Origin: Candidatus Fervidifonticultor secundus
Lineage (GTDB): Bacteria > Sysuimicrobiota > Sysuimicrobiia > Sysuimicrobiales > Humicultoraceae
Assembly (NCBI GenBank): GCA_031459385.1
Contig: JAVKIP010000009.1
Location: 59,419 to 123,418, forward strand
DNA: 64,000 nucleotides
Direction: 5' to 3'
Translations under genes and position numbers: made by a program
Notes under the pieces: generated by a model
Told to the model about the DNA's origin: nothing
Database searches by the model: none
Seen by the model: only the letters and a program-made list of their open reading frames with translations
Shown: positions 55,963 to 64,000 of the stretch, piece by piece
Layout: each line of letters begins with the position of its first letter
How positions within the stretch are numbered: the first letter of the stretch is position 1

Positions 55963-57345
55963 CTAGAAGCCGACCGCGACGGCGGGATCGCGCGGGGCCG
56001 CCGGTGCAGGCCGCGACTGCGGCACGGCGAAGCGCGAGGGCTCGCCGGCAGCCTGCTGCACCAGGGCCACGGCGCGGTTCAGCTGGGCGTCGTCGGCGCT
56101 GCCGATCGGCCCACCGCTGGCGGCCATCTCGATATCCGGGAGCAACCCCTGCCCCTCGATGTCGCGGCCCGAGGGCGTCAGGTATCGCGAGATCGTCAGG
56201 CGCAGCCCGCTGCCGTCGCGGAACCGGTAGACGGCCTGCACCGTGGCCTTCCCGTAGGTCCGCGTGCCGACCAGCTTGACCCCGGCGTCCTGCAGCGCAC
56301 CGGCCACGACCTCCGAGGCGCTGGCGCTGCCGCGGTCGACCAGCACGACCAGCGGCCCGCCGTACTTGGGCTCGCGAGGCCGCACCAGGTACGGGGTCTG
56401 CTGCCCGCGCCCGCTGTCGAGCGTGACGACGACGCCGCGGTCGAGGAAGTGGCTGGCGATGTTGACCGACGCCTCGAGCAGGCCGCCGGGGTTGCCGCGG
56501 AGGTCGAGGACGATGCCCCGCGCGCCTTCCTGCACCAGGGTGCGCAGCGCTGTGGCCACCTGGTCGGCCGCGGCCTGGGTGAACTGCGTGACGCGCAGGT
56601 AGCCCACCCCGGAGGGCAGCAGGCGCCAGGTGACGATGCGCTGCACGATACGGCGCCGCGCGATCGTGAACGCCAGCGGTGGCTCCTCGCCGCGGCGGAT
56701 CGTGAGGACGACCTGGGTGCCTTCCGCCCCGCGGATCAGCTGGCTCACCTGCTCCAGCGACAGGCCGGCCACCGGCGTGCCGTCCACGGCGACGATGACG
56801 TCGCCGGCCCGCAGGCCTGCCTCGCCCGCCGGCGAGTTCTCCAGCACCTCGGTGATCACGGTCTGACCCGCCCGGTCCTCGATGACGATGCCCACGCCCA
56901 CGAACTCGTCGCCGCGCGTGCGGCGCACGAACTGCGTGAACGCCTCGGGCGGGTAGAACGCGCTGTTGGGATCGCGCAGCGCCGCCACCATGGCCCCCAC
57001 CGCGGCGTGCACGACCGCCAGCGGGCGCAGCCGCAGCATACCCTGCACCTGCTCCAGGCGATGGACGAACGTCTCGAGGTCGGCGCGTTCGTCGCCGGTG
57101 AGGACCAGCGCGGGCAGGCTGGCCGGCCCCAGGCCCTCCTCCCGCAGCAGCCGCTGCAGTCCCGCCTCGGCGCCCTTGAGCAGCGCCTCGGTGGAGGGGC
57201 CGAACAGGCTCTCGTCGCGGACGACCCGGTAGGTCTCGAGGAAGAGCGCCAGTCCGTAGTCGGCGGGCTGCGCAGCCGCGGGCGGCGCCAGGATCCCCAC
57301 CGCGAGGATCGCGGCGAGCACGAAGGGGACCACGCGCCGACTCAT
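55963..57345 (-). CDS. S41 carboxy-terminal processing protease with PDZ domain
   Basis: Signal peptide, GVGIVI, SPAGEAGL, LDLRGNPGGLL, SASASEVVAG, TYGKATVQ. Confidence 0.93.
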   Translation of the reverse strand: MSRRVVPFVLAAILAVGILAPPAAAQPADYGLALFLETYRVVRDESLFGPSTEALLKGAEAGLQRLLREEGLGPASLPALVLTGDERADLETFVHRLEQVQGMLRLRPLAVVHAAVGAMVAALRDPNSAFYPPEAFTQFVRRTRGDEFVGVGIVIEDRAGQTVITEVLENSPAGEAGLRAGDVIVAVDGTPVAGLSLEQVSQLIRGAEGTQVVLTIRRGEEPPLAFTIARRRIVQRIVTWRLLPSGVGYLRVTQFTQAAADQVATALRTLVQEGARGIVLDLRGNPGGLLEASVNIASHFLDRGVVVTLDSGRGQQTPYLVRPREPKYGGPLVVLVDRGSASASEVVAGALQDAGVKLVGTRTYGKATVQAVYRFRDGSGLRLTISRYLTPSGRDIEGQGLLPDIEMAASGGPIGSADDAQLNRAVALVQQAAGEPSRFAVPQSRPAPAAPRDPAVAVGF

Positions 57346-57374
57346 CGATGCACCTCGCGCCACGGCAGGTGTCT

Positions 57375-57394
57375 GGCGTCTCTTATGAGACGCC
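57375..57394. promoter_or_regulatory. Inverted repeat upstream of S41 protease
   Basis: GGCGTCTC-ttat-GAGACGCC, about 30 bp upstream of the ATG. Confidence 0.4.
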
Positions 57395-57498
57395 CGTACA
57401 TGAGGATCGGTTCATCGCGGGCGGGCGTTCCCCTCCCCCGCCCCGGACCCCGCGACCGGCCCCTAGCCTGGAGAGTACCCAGGCAGGCGGGGACGCAG

Positions 57499-58509
57499 TC
57501 AGGGGGCATCCGTCCCCCAGCCGCCTGCGGCCTCGGCGGGCGCGGCGTCGGGCGGGACGCCGTGGCGCTCGAGCCAGTCGAGCATCGCCCGCAGGCTGCC
57601 CTGCGCCAGCGCCACGCAGCTGTCGGCCCCGCCGTAGTAGAGGTTCAGGGTGTCACCGTCGGCCTCCAGCGTGTACCCGCATGGAAAGACCACGTTGCCG
57701 ACATCGCCGAACCGCTCGTAGGGAGCCTGGGGGCCGAAGATCCACTGCTGGCTTCGGAGCAGGCAGCGCTCGGGCTGCGCCCGGTCGAACAGCGCCAGCC
57801 CGAGCCGGTAGATGGCGCCCGAGGCGGTCTGCCGCACCCCGTGGTAGAGCATGAGCCATCCGCGCGGCGTCTCGATGGGCGGGCAGGCCAGGCCGATCTT
57901 GTTGGCGTCCCACCACCCGCCGCGGCGTGCTTCCAGGATCAAGCGGTGTCGACCCCAGTGGCTGAGATCCGGCGAGTACGAGATCCAGATGTGCGACCCC
58001 AGGGCGGTCATCGGTCGGTGGATCAGCGCCCAGTGGCCGTCGACGCGGCGCGGCAGCAGCGCCGCGTTCTTGTCCTCAGGTGGCATGATAACGCCGCACC
58101 GCTCGAAGGTCCGGAAGTCGGTGGTCAGGGCCAGCGACACCCCCGGCCCGCCCCGGGAGTACGACGTGTAGGTGACCACGTACTTGCCCAGTTCGGGCAC
58201 GAACGTGATGCGCGGGTCCTCGATCCCCCAGATCTCCTCCGGATACTGGTCGGGGGACGGCGCCAGGGTCGGGGCCGGGTCGATCTCCCACCCGTCGACA
58301 CCGTTGCGCGACCGCGCGGCGGTCAGGTGCGACCGGCCACTGTGGTCCTCCACGCGGCACAGCAGCAGGGTGGTGCCGTCAGGCAGCCGGGTGGCCCCGG
58401 CGTTGAAAACGCTGTTCGCCGGATACGGCCACCGCCTGGCGGTAAGGATGGGGTTGGCGGGATGCCGCCAGAGCAGCTCGTGGGACCGCGCCCGCGTCAC
58501 TGTGACCAT
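57499..58509 (-). CDS. GH130 / PH1107-like glycosidase or mannoside phosphorylase
   Basis: NPIL, VFNAGA, GIEDPRIT, EDKNAALLP, LIHRP, LYHGV, GNVVFPCG, YYGGAD. Confidence 0.9.
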   Translation of the reverse strand: MVTVTRARSHELLWRHPANPILTARRWPYPANSVFNAGATRLPDGTTLLLCRVEDHSGRSHLTAARSRNGVDGWEIDPAPTLAPSPDQYPEEIWGIEDPRITFVPELGKYVVTYTSYSRGGPGVSLALTTDFRTFERCGVIMPPEDKNAALLPRRVDGHWALIHRPMTALGSHIWISYSPDLSHWGRHRLILEARRGGWWDANKIGLACPPIETPRGWLMLYHGVRQTASGAIYRLGLALFDRAQPERCLLRSQQWIFGPQAPYERFGDVGNVVFPCGYTLEADGDTLNLYYGGADSCVALAQGSLRAMLDWLERHGVPPDAAPAEAAGGWGTDAP

Positions 58510-58516
58510 CGCGACA

Positions 58517-60835
58517 TCACGCCACGGCCGCCGGCGCGGCGTCGGCGCCCACGCGGTCCGCCCGATCGACCACGTGCTGGGCCAGCCGCAGCTCCAGCAA
58601 CGCCAGGATGAAGGCCAGGGTGGACTCGGCGCCCTGGTTCTGGTTGACGCGGTCAGGGTGCAGGCCGTCGCGGCACCCGCCGGTGGCCGGATCGTAGAGC
58701 GGCAGGCCCAGGTCGTTCGCGCCCAGGAACCACTCGAACGCCCGCTGCGCACGCCGATGCCACCGGGCCTCCTCCGTGACGCGGTGGGCGGCCAGGCAGG
58801 CCCCGACCATCGTCTGGGCTTCCAGCGGCTGCTGGTCGAACCGCGCCCGCTCGCCGCCCCGCCGGTAGAACCCGTGGCACCCGATGGGGACGAAATGCCC
58901 GTCGGGCGCCTGCTGGAGCCGGAAGAGCCACTCCAGCGCCTCCAGCCCCGCGGCGATCGCGTCGGATCGCTGCAGCGTGGTGCCGACGACCAGGAGCGCA
59001 TGCGGGAGCGTGGGGTTGGCGTACGCCACCACGTCCTCGAACCAGCGCCAGTCGTCGGTCCGGTGCGCGCGGTAGCCCGCGAGCAGCCGGTCTGCCAGCT
59101 CGGCGGCGACCCCCCGGGCCAGGCGGTCGCCGCCAAAGGCGCGCAGGTACTCGCAGCACCCCAGGGCGGTCATCGCCCACGCCCGCGGGCTCGTGCACGC
59201 CCCGGCCGCCGCCAGCGCGCGCTCGAAGAGCCGGCCGGCGGCGCCGCGCAGCCCGGCGTCCTCGGACCGGCCCAGTGCAAGACCCAGCGCCCACAGCGCC
59301 CGGCCGTAAGCGTCCTCGCTGCCCACCTGGTCGTGCCACCTGCGGTCGTAGCCCAGCACGTTGCGGAACCGCCCGGTGGACGCGTCGAACGCGTGCCAGA
59401 GGAACGCCAGGTAGCGCGGCGCCAGCCGTGCGCCCACCGCCGCGGCCTCGTCGCCGAGGTTCTCCAGGAGCACGGTGGCCGCCAGCGCCCGCGCGTTGTC
59501 GTCGGTGGTGTAGCCTTCCTGGCGGTTGGGCACGGTGAAGACCGCGTGCTGCAGCAGGCCGACGTCGTCGGTCATGCGCTCCAGATGGTCCAGGCGAAGC
59601 GGCGGCAGCTCCGCCGGTCGGGCGTCCTGCGTCTTGACGACAAACGGCCGCGGCGCCCGCATGCGCTCGGCCCGCACCCGCTCGAAGAGCGCCAGGTAGC
59701 GGCGGGCGACCACCGGCCAGGTCATCTCGCGGCCCAGCAGGTAGGCGCGCTTGCGCATGGCGTGGCGCTCGCTCTCGTTGTCCAGCAGGTCGACCACGGC
59801 CCGCGCAAGGGCATCGGCATCCCCGAACGGGACCAGCACGCCACGCCCGTCGGCCAGCAGCTCTTCTGCATGCCAGTACGGCGTCGAGATCACGGCCTTG
59901 CCGGCGCCCACCGCGTAGGCCAAGGTGCCGGAGGTGATCTGCTCGACGGACCGGTAGGGGGTCAGGTACAGGTCGGTCGCCCCGATCCACTCCACCAGCT
60001 CCTGCTCGGTCACGAACCGGTTGTGGAACAGCACATGGGGGTCGACGCCCAGCGCCTGCGCCCGCCGCAGCAGGGCCAGCCGGTACGACTCGCCCTCGCG
60101 GCGCAGCACGTGGGGGTGGGTGGCCCCCAGCACGACGTACACCACGTGCGGATGCCGGGCGAGGATGGCCGGGAGCGCGTCGATGACGACCTCGATCCCC
60201 TTGTGGGCGGACAGGAGGCCGAACGTCAGCAGCACCTGGCGGCCCTCCACCCCGAACTGGTCCTTGTAGAAGTTGGGATCCACGAACGGGACATCGGGAA
60301 TGCCATGGGGAATGACTTCGATCTTCTCGGCGGCGACGCCGTAGATCTCGCGCAGGAACTCGGCGCCCCGGCGCGTCATGACCACCAACCGATCCGAGCG
60401 AGCGGCCAGCTCGTCCAGCACCCGGCGCTGCGCGGGGTCCGGGGCCCGCAGGACCGTGTGGAGGGTGGTGACGACCGGCATGCGCAGATCACGCAGCAGC
60501 GCCACCACGTGACTCCCGGCGATGCCGCCGAAGATCCCGTACTCGTGCTGGAGACAGACGAGGTCGACGCCGGTGCTGTTGAGGAAGTCGGCGGCGCGCC
60601 GATAGGCGGCGATGTCGCCCTCGGCGATCTCGAACCGCACCGGGAACCCGTAGGGGTAGCCTGCGGGCCGGTCGTTGACCGGCAGCACCAGCCACGACAC
60701 GTCGGGCGCAGCCTCGGCCAGCGCGTGGTACAAGCTGGCCGAGAACGTGGCGATCCCGCACTGCCGCGGCAGGTAGGTACCGACGATGGCCACGCGCTGC
60801 AGGGCCGGGGGCATCCGGGTCATCATCGTGCCCAC
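58517..60835 (-). CDS. GT4 glycosyltransferase fused to C-terminal glycosidase-like domain
   Basis: YLPRQCGIATF, QHEYGIFGG, TFGLLSAHKG, QITSGTL, then GLLQHA, GYTTDDNARAL, FDQQPLEA, NQNQGAES. Confidence 0.9.
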   Translation of the reverse strand: MGTMMTRMPPALQRVAIVGTYLPRQCGIATFSASLYHALAEAAPDVSWLVLPVNDRPAGYPYGFPVRFEIAEGDIAAYRRAADFLNSTGVDLVCLQHEYGIFGGIAGSHVVALLRDLRMPVVTTLHTVLRAPDPAQRRVLDELAARSDRLVVMTRRGAEFLREIYGVAAEKIEVIPHGIPDVPFVDPNFYKDQFGVEGRQVLLTFGLLSAHKGIEVVIDALPAILARHPHVVYVVLGATHPHVLRREGESYRLALLRRAQALGVDPHVLFHNRFVTEQELVEWIGATDLYLTPYRSVEQITSGTLAYAVGAGKAVISTPYWHAEELLADGRGVLVPFGDADALARAVVDLLDNESERHAMRKRAYLLGREMTWPVVARRYLALFERVRAERMRAPRPFVVKTQDARPAELPPLRLDHLERMTDDVGLLQHAVFTVPNRQEGYTTDDNARALAATVLLENLGDEAAAVGARLAPRYLAFLWHAFDASTGRFRNVLGYDRRWHDQVGSEDAYGRALWALGLALGRSEDAGLRGAAGRLFERALAAAGACTSPRAWAMTALGCCEYLRAFGGDRLARGVAAELADRLLAGYRAHRTDDWRWFEDVVAYANPTLPHALLVVGTTLQRSDAIAAGLEALEWLFRLQQAPDGHFVPIGCHGFYRRGGERARFDQQPLEAQTMVGACLAAHRVTEEARWHRRAQRAFEWFLGANDLGLPLYDPATGGCRDGLHPDRVNQNQGAESTLAFILALLELRLAQHVVDRADRVGADAAPAAVA

Positions 60836-60934
60836 CTCCTCGCCGATCCGGAGAACTCCTGCCCTGGGATAGAGTTGAAAATGACGAGACCGCCCCCTCA
60901 GGCGGTCGGTGGACGTACGCCCACGTCAGCCTTC

Positions 60935-60964
60935 ATAATACGCGGCGTCACGCGATGCCGGCAA
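60935..60964 (-). promoter_or_regulatory. Possible sigma70-type promoter for GT4-GH130
   Basis: TTGCCG-18 nt-TATTAT on the minus strand. Confidence 0.45.
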
Positions 60965-62381
60965 GACGTCGCGCGTACGCCTTGTACGGTTCCAGGTCCA
61001 CGTCCATCAAGATCGTGAGCTTCTGCGCCTCAAGCGACCCCTCGGCGTGGATCGCCAGCACCTCCAGGTACCCGCCGAAGTCCGACGCTGTCACGTCACG
61101 GACCAGGTTGAGCGCCCGCAGCCGCTGCTCGGCCGTGGCCTGCGGGCTGCCGGCCAGGAACGCGTCCAGGTCCCGACGCGTCTGCGGGTGCTGCCAGTCC
61201 TCCTCCGTCGGCCCGGTCACCACCAGCCCGCCGGCGATGTCCTGGACGAGCCGCACCATCTCGTGGTAGTGGGCGGCGAAGTAGTACTTCGCGGCGTTGG
61301 TGTAGACCACGTCGGGCACCGCGATGCCGGCCCGCAGGCGGCAGTCGAGGGCGGCTGCCTTCGTGAGCCCGCGTACCGTCTCCAGGTACATGACCAGCGC
61401 CGCCAGCTTGTCGCGCACGTGGCCCGCGCGCGCGACGCCGTTGTAGTCCGCCAGCAGCGCCGCGGCCCCCGCCAGCAGCTCCAGTAGTGGCGGCTTGTAC
61501 GCCACGGCGGTAAAGCGGTGGAACTCCACGAACGTCTTGGCCAGCGCGCCCGCGGCCCGGTACTCGCCGTTGAGGAAGACGCGCTCGGAGGGGACGAAGA
61601 CGTCGTCGAAGATCGTCAGCGACTCGACCATCTTGGTCTGGGCGCTCACCGGGTTGTCGAAGGGGCTGGTCGCGCCGTAGCCCCGGGGGCTGGCGATGAA
61701 CCGCAGGCCCGGCGTCGCGGCGGGCACCGCGAAGGCCACGGCCCAGGGGTGGTCCTCCGGCCCCATGGCCCGGGTGGGCACCACGATGATCTCATCGGCC
61801 AGCACCGCGTTGGTGGTGTGGGCCTTGGCCCCCCGCACGACGATGCCATCGGGGCGCTGGGCCACCACCCGGACGTAGGCATCGGGGTTCGGCTGCTGGT
61901 GGGGGCGCAGGCTGCGGTCGCCCTTGACGTCGGTCTGGGCCACGGCCATGGTCAGGTCGCCGTCGCGGCAGTGCTCGTAGAACGCCCGGATGCGGGCGGC
62001 GTAGGGCGCCGCCTCGTCGTGCTCGGCAGCGACGACCATGAGCGCGAAGAGGGCATCGGTGCCGATCTCCTTCACCAGCGGAACCACCGCGCGCGCCTCC
62101 CGGGTGACGGTCTCGATCAGCAGGCGCCGCTGCAGCAGATCGGTCCCGGTGCGCGGGATCAGGAAGTAGCGGCTGATCGCGCGGCCGGTCTGGGGATCCT
62201 GCGCGACGGCCAGGTCGCGATAGGCTGGGTCTTCGGCCAGGCGGAAGTCGATCGCCACGTGCCGAGCCCCGCGCCCCAGGGCGGGGTGCGCGGGCACATC
62301 GGCGACCCGCTCGCCCCGGTAGTACACGACCCGTCCGTCCCGCAGCCCTTCCAGATACGCCTCGGGTGTGCGCAACGCCAT
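60948..62381 (-). CDS. HpaB / 4-hydroxybutyryl-CoA dehydratase (AbfD)-family flavoprotein
   Basis: YLEGLRDGRVVYYRGE, AVAQTDVKGDRS, GIVVRGAKAH, FDDVFVPSERVF, QDIAGG, HAEGS. RBS GAGGAGG. Confidence 0.88.
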   Translation of the reverse strand: MALRTPEAYLEGLRDGRVVYYRGERVADVPAHPALGRGARHVAIDFRLAEDPAYRDLAVAQDPQTGRAISRYFLIPRTGTDLLQRRLLIETVTREARAVVPLVKEIGTDALFALMVVAAEHDEAAPYAARIRAFYEHCRDGDLTMAVAQTDVKGDRSLRPHQQPNPDAYVRVVAQRPDGIVVRGAKAHTTNAVLADEIIVVPTRAMGPEDHPWAVAFAVPAATPGLRFIASPRGYGATSPFDNPVSAQTKMVESLTIFDDVFVPSERVFLNGEYRAAGALAKTFVEFHRFTAVAYKPPLLELLAGAAALLADYNGVARAGHVRDKLAALVMYLETVRGLTKAAALDCRLRAGIAVPDVVYTNAAKYYFAAHYHEMVRLVQDIAGGLVVTGPTEEDWQHPQTRRDLDAFLAGSPQATAEQRLRALNLVRDVTASDFGGYLEVLAIHAEGSLEAQKLTILMDVDLEPYKAYARRLAGIA

Positions 62382-62469
62382 GGGAGCCTCCTCGGGAGCG
62401 TCCGCGTGCCCGCCGTCACTGCCGGCGCGTGCCCCGCCCGCGGGCCGGGCGCAGGCGCTGCGTGCGGCC

Positions 62470-63798
62470 CTACGATGTGCGCCGCCGCACGTCGACCAGC
62501 CGGCGGGCCTTGAACACCGTCCGCTCCAGCGCCCCGGGGGCCACGACGCGGAGCTCGGGGGTGACGCCCAGCGCCTCCCGCAGCGCGCGCCGCAGGCGCT
62601 CCTGGAGCCCGGTAGTGTCGGCGGCCTGCGCCTCGACGACCACCGTGACCCGGTCGGTGCCCGCGCGGTCGTCCGTGCTGAGCTCGATTCGGAACTCGTC
62701 GCCCAGCTCCGGGAAGCTCCGCACGACCCCCTCCACCTGGACCGGGTAGAACTTGGCACCCTTGTAGATCACCAGGTCGTCGGCGCGCCCGAGGATGCCC
62801 CCCGGCAAACGGGCGTGGGTGCGGCCGCAGGGGCACGGCGCCGGATCCAGGCGCGCGTAGTCGTTGGTCCAGTACCGCAGCATCGGCGTGGCCTCGCGCG
62901 TCAGGTGCGTGAGCACCAGGATGCCCACCTCGCCCGGGGGCAGCGGCTCGCGCGTCTGCGGATCGACGATCTCGGCCAGGTAGTGGTCCTCGGCGAGGTG
63001 GAGCCCCGCCTTCTCCGTGCATTCCGACGCGAACGTCGGCGCGATCTCCCCGAGCCCGTAGTAGTCGAAGCAGTCGATGCCTAGCGCCTGCTCGATCCGC
63101 GCGCGGGTGGCCGGCACCTCGGCGCCAGGCTCGCCGCCGAAGCAGCCCAGGCGCAGGGGGATCGCGTCGGGCGCGATGCCACGCTCGCGCAGGTGCTCGG
63201 CGATGTGGATCGCGAACGACGGCGTCGCCAGCAGCACCGTGGCCCCGGGGCTCACCAGGTAGTCCACCTGGCGGGCGGTCGCCCCGGCGCCGATGGGAAT
63301 CGTGAAGCAGCCGATGCGGGCCGCGGCGTAGTGTACCGCCAGGCCGGCCACCCACAGACCGTAGGCGAACGCGTTCTGGACGATGTCGCCGGGCCGCACA
63401 CCGAAACTCCACATGGTGCGGGCGGTATGGTCCGTGATCACCTCGACGTCCGCCGCGGACCAGATGGTGTTCACCGGCACCCCGGTGGTGCCCGTGGACG
63501 GGTGCAGCTCCCGCCACTGCGCCCGTGGCGCCAGGCTGTAGCGGCCGAAGGGCGGGTGGGCGGCCTGCTCGTCGCGCAGGTCCTGCTTGGTCACAAACGG
63601 GAGGTGGCGCAGGTCAGCCAGGGTGCGGACGTGGCCGGGCCGCAGGCCCGCCCGGTCGAACCGCTCCCGGTAGAAGGGCGCGTCGCGGTAGCACCGGTCG
63701 ACCTGCCACCGCAGGCGCTCGAGCTGCAGCGCCTCCAGCTCGCGCCGGGGCTGCGTTTCGACGGCTGGGTCCCAGAACCGCTCCCCTGTGGCCACCAT
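62470..63798 (-). CDS. Phenylacetate-CoA ligase-family (PaaK-like) AMP-dependent ligase
   Basis: LPFVTKQDLR, HPSTGTTGVP, NAFAYGL, YYGLGEI, GRADDLVIYKG. Confidence 0.9.
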   Translation of the reverse strand: MVATGERFWDPAVETQPRRELEALQLERLRWQVDRCYRDAPFYRERFDRAGLRPGHVRTLADLRHLPFVTKQDLRDEQAAHPPFGRYSLAPRAQWRELHPSTGTTGVPVNTIWSAADVEVITDHTARTMWSFGVRPGDIVQNAFAYGLWVAGLAVHYAAARIGCFTIPIGAGATARQVDYLVSPGATVLLATPSFAIHIAEHLRERGIAPDAIPLRLGCFGGEPGAEVPATRARIEQALGIDCFDYYGLGEIAPTFASECTEKAGLHLAEDHYLAEIVDPQTREPLPPGEVGILVLTHLTREATPMLRYWTNDYARLDPAPCPCGRTHARLPGGILGRADDLVIYKGAKFYPVQVEGVVRSFPELGDEFRIELSTDDRAGTDRVTVVVEAQAADTTGLQERLRRALREALGVTPELRVVAPGALERTVFKARRLVDVRRRTS

Positions 63799-63837
63799 CT
63801 CAGTCGTCGATCGCCGGGCAGGCCGGTCCCGGGCGGC

Positions 63838-64000
63838 TCACGCCGGGACGTGGCCGTGATAACGGCGCAGGCGTAGCCGGGCGGTATAGACGTGCGCCTC
63901 CATCCCCTCGGCTGCCGCGATGGCGGCCGCCCGTCGGGCGATCTCCAGGCTCCCCTCCCGTGTCAGGCGCTGGTAGGTCACGGTCTTCAGAAACTTGCCG
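63838..64000 (-). CDS. C-terminus of histidinol dehydrogenase-family (HisD/HpsN-like) protein, partial
   Basis: Manual translation GKFLKTVTYQRLTREGSLEIARRAAAIAAAEGMEAHVYTARLRLRRYHGHVPA*, with the HisD-type EGxxAH motif. Confidence 0.75.
   Translation of the reverse strand, partial: GKFLKTVTYQRLTREGSLEIARRAAAIAAAEGMEAHVYTARLRLRRYHGHVPA

Noticed and set aside
60948..62381. Autotrophic 4-hydroxybutyrate cycle marker (AbfD)
   Set aside because: The Fe-S Cys ligands needed for dehydratase activity are absent.

Overview
Very GC-rich (judged by eye), gene-dense bacterial window devoted almost entirely to metabolism; a ttuB-ttuA pair hints at a thermophile. No rRNA, tRNA, CRISPR array or intact mobile element was recognised. 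Contents in order: (1) a form I aerobic Mo-Cu CO dehydrogenase cluster (coxM-S-L with AYRCSFR, XdhC-YHS, coxG, coxD, coxE, xdhC, second coxG); an IclR-type HTH reading frame runs in frame into coxM, behind a near-consensus sigma70 promoter with a downstream palindrome; (2) a BMP/nucleoside ABC importer, aldehyde dehydrogenase and PiT/DUF47; (3) a second, non-form-I molybdenum hydroxylase operon coupled to a DUF2877 (AllH/YlbF-like) gene and an MFS transporter; (4) a small patch of gene remnants (SBP56 and MNT/HEPN-like); (5) ttuBA, fused accD-accA and a family III CoA-transferase; (6) a large N-heterocycle uptake/catabolism region (cyclase, two amidohydrolases, a small Cys-rich ORF, three more ABC importers, cytosine deaminase, DUF1326/DUF2182, Rid, GNAT, HAD, fdrA-ylbE with a Dpp-type importer); (7) S41 protease, a GT4-glycosidase fusion with GH130, and a HisD-like/CoA-ligase/AbfD-like cluster at the right edge. 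Best candidates for an undescribed system: the HTH-CoxM fusion with its putative operator, the split AllF/G/H arrangement, and the HisD-like/PaaK-like/Cys-less AbfD-like pathway. All family calls come from motif recognition by eye, without database searches; many starts were re-picked from RBS and stop/start overlaps.
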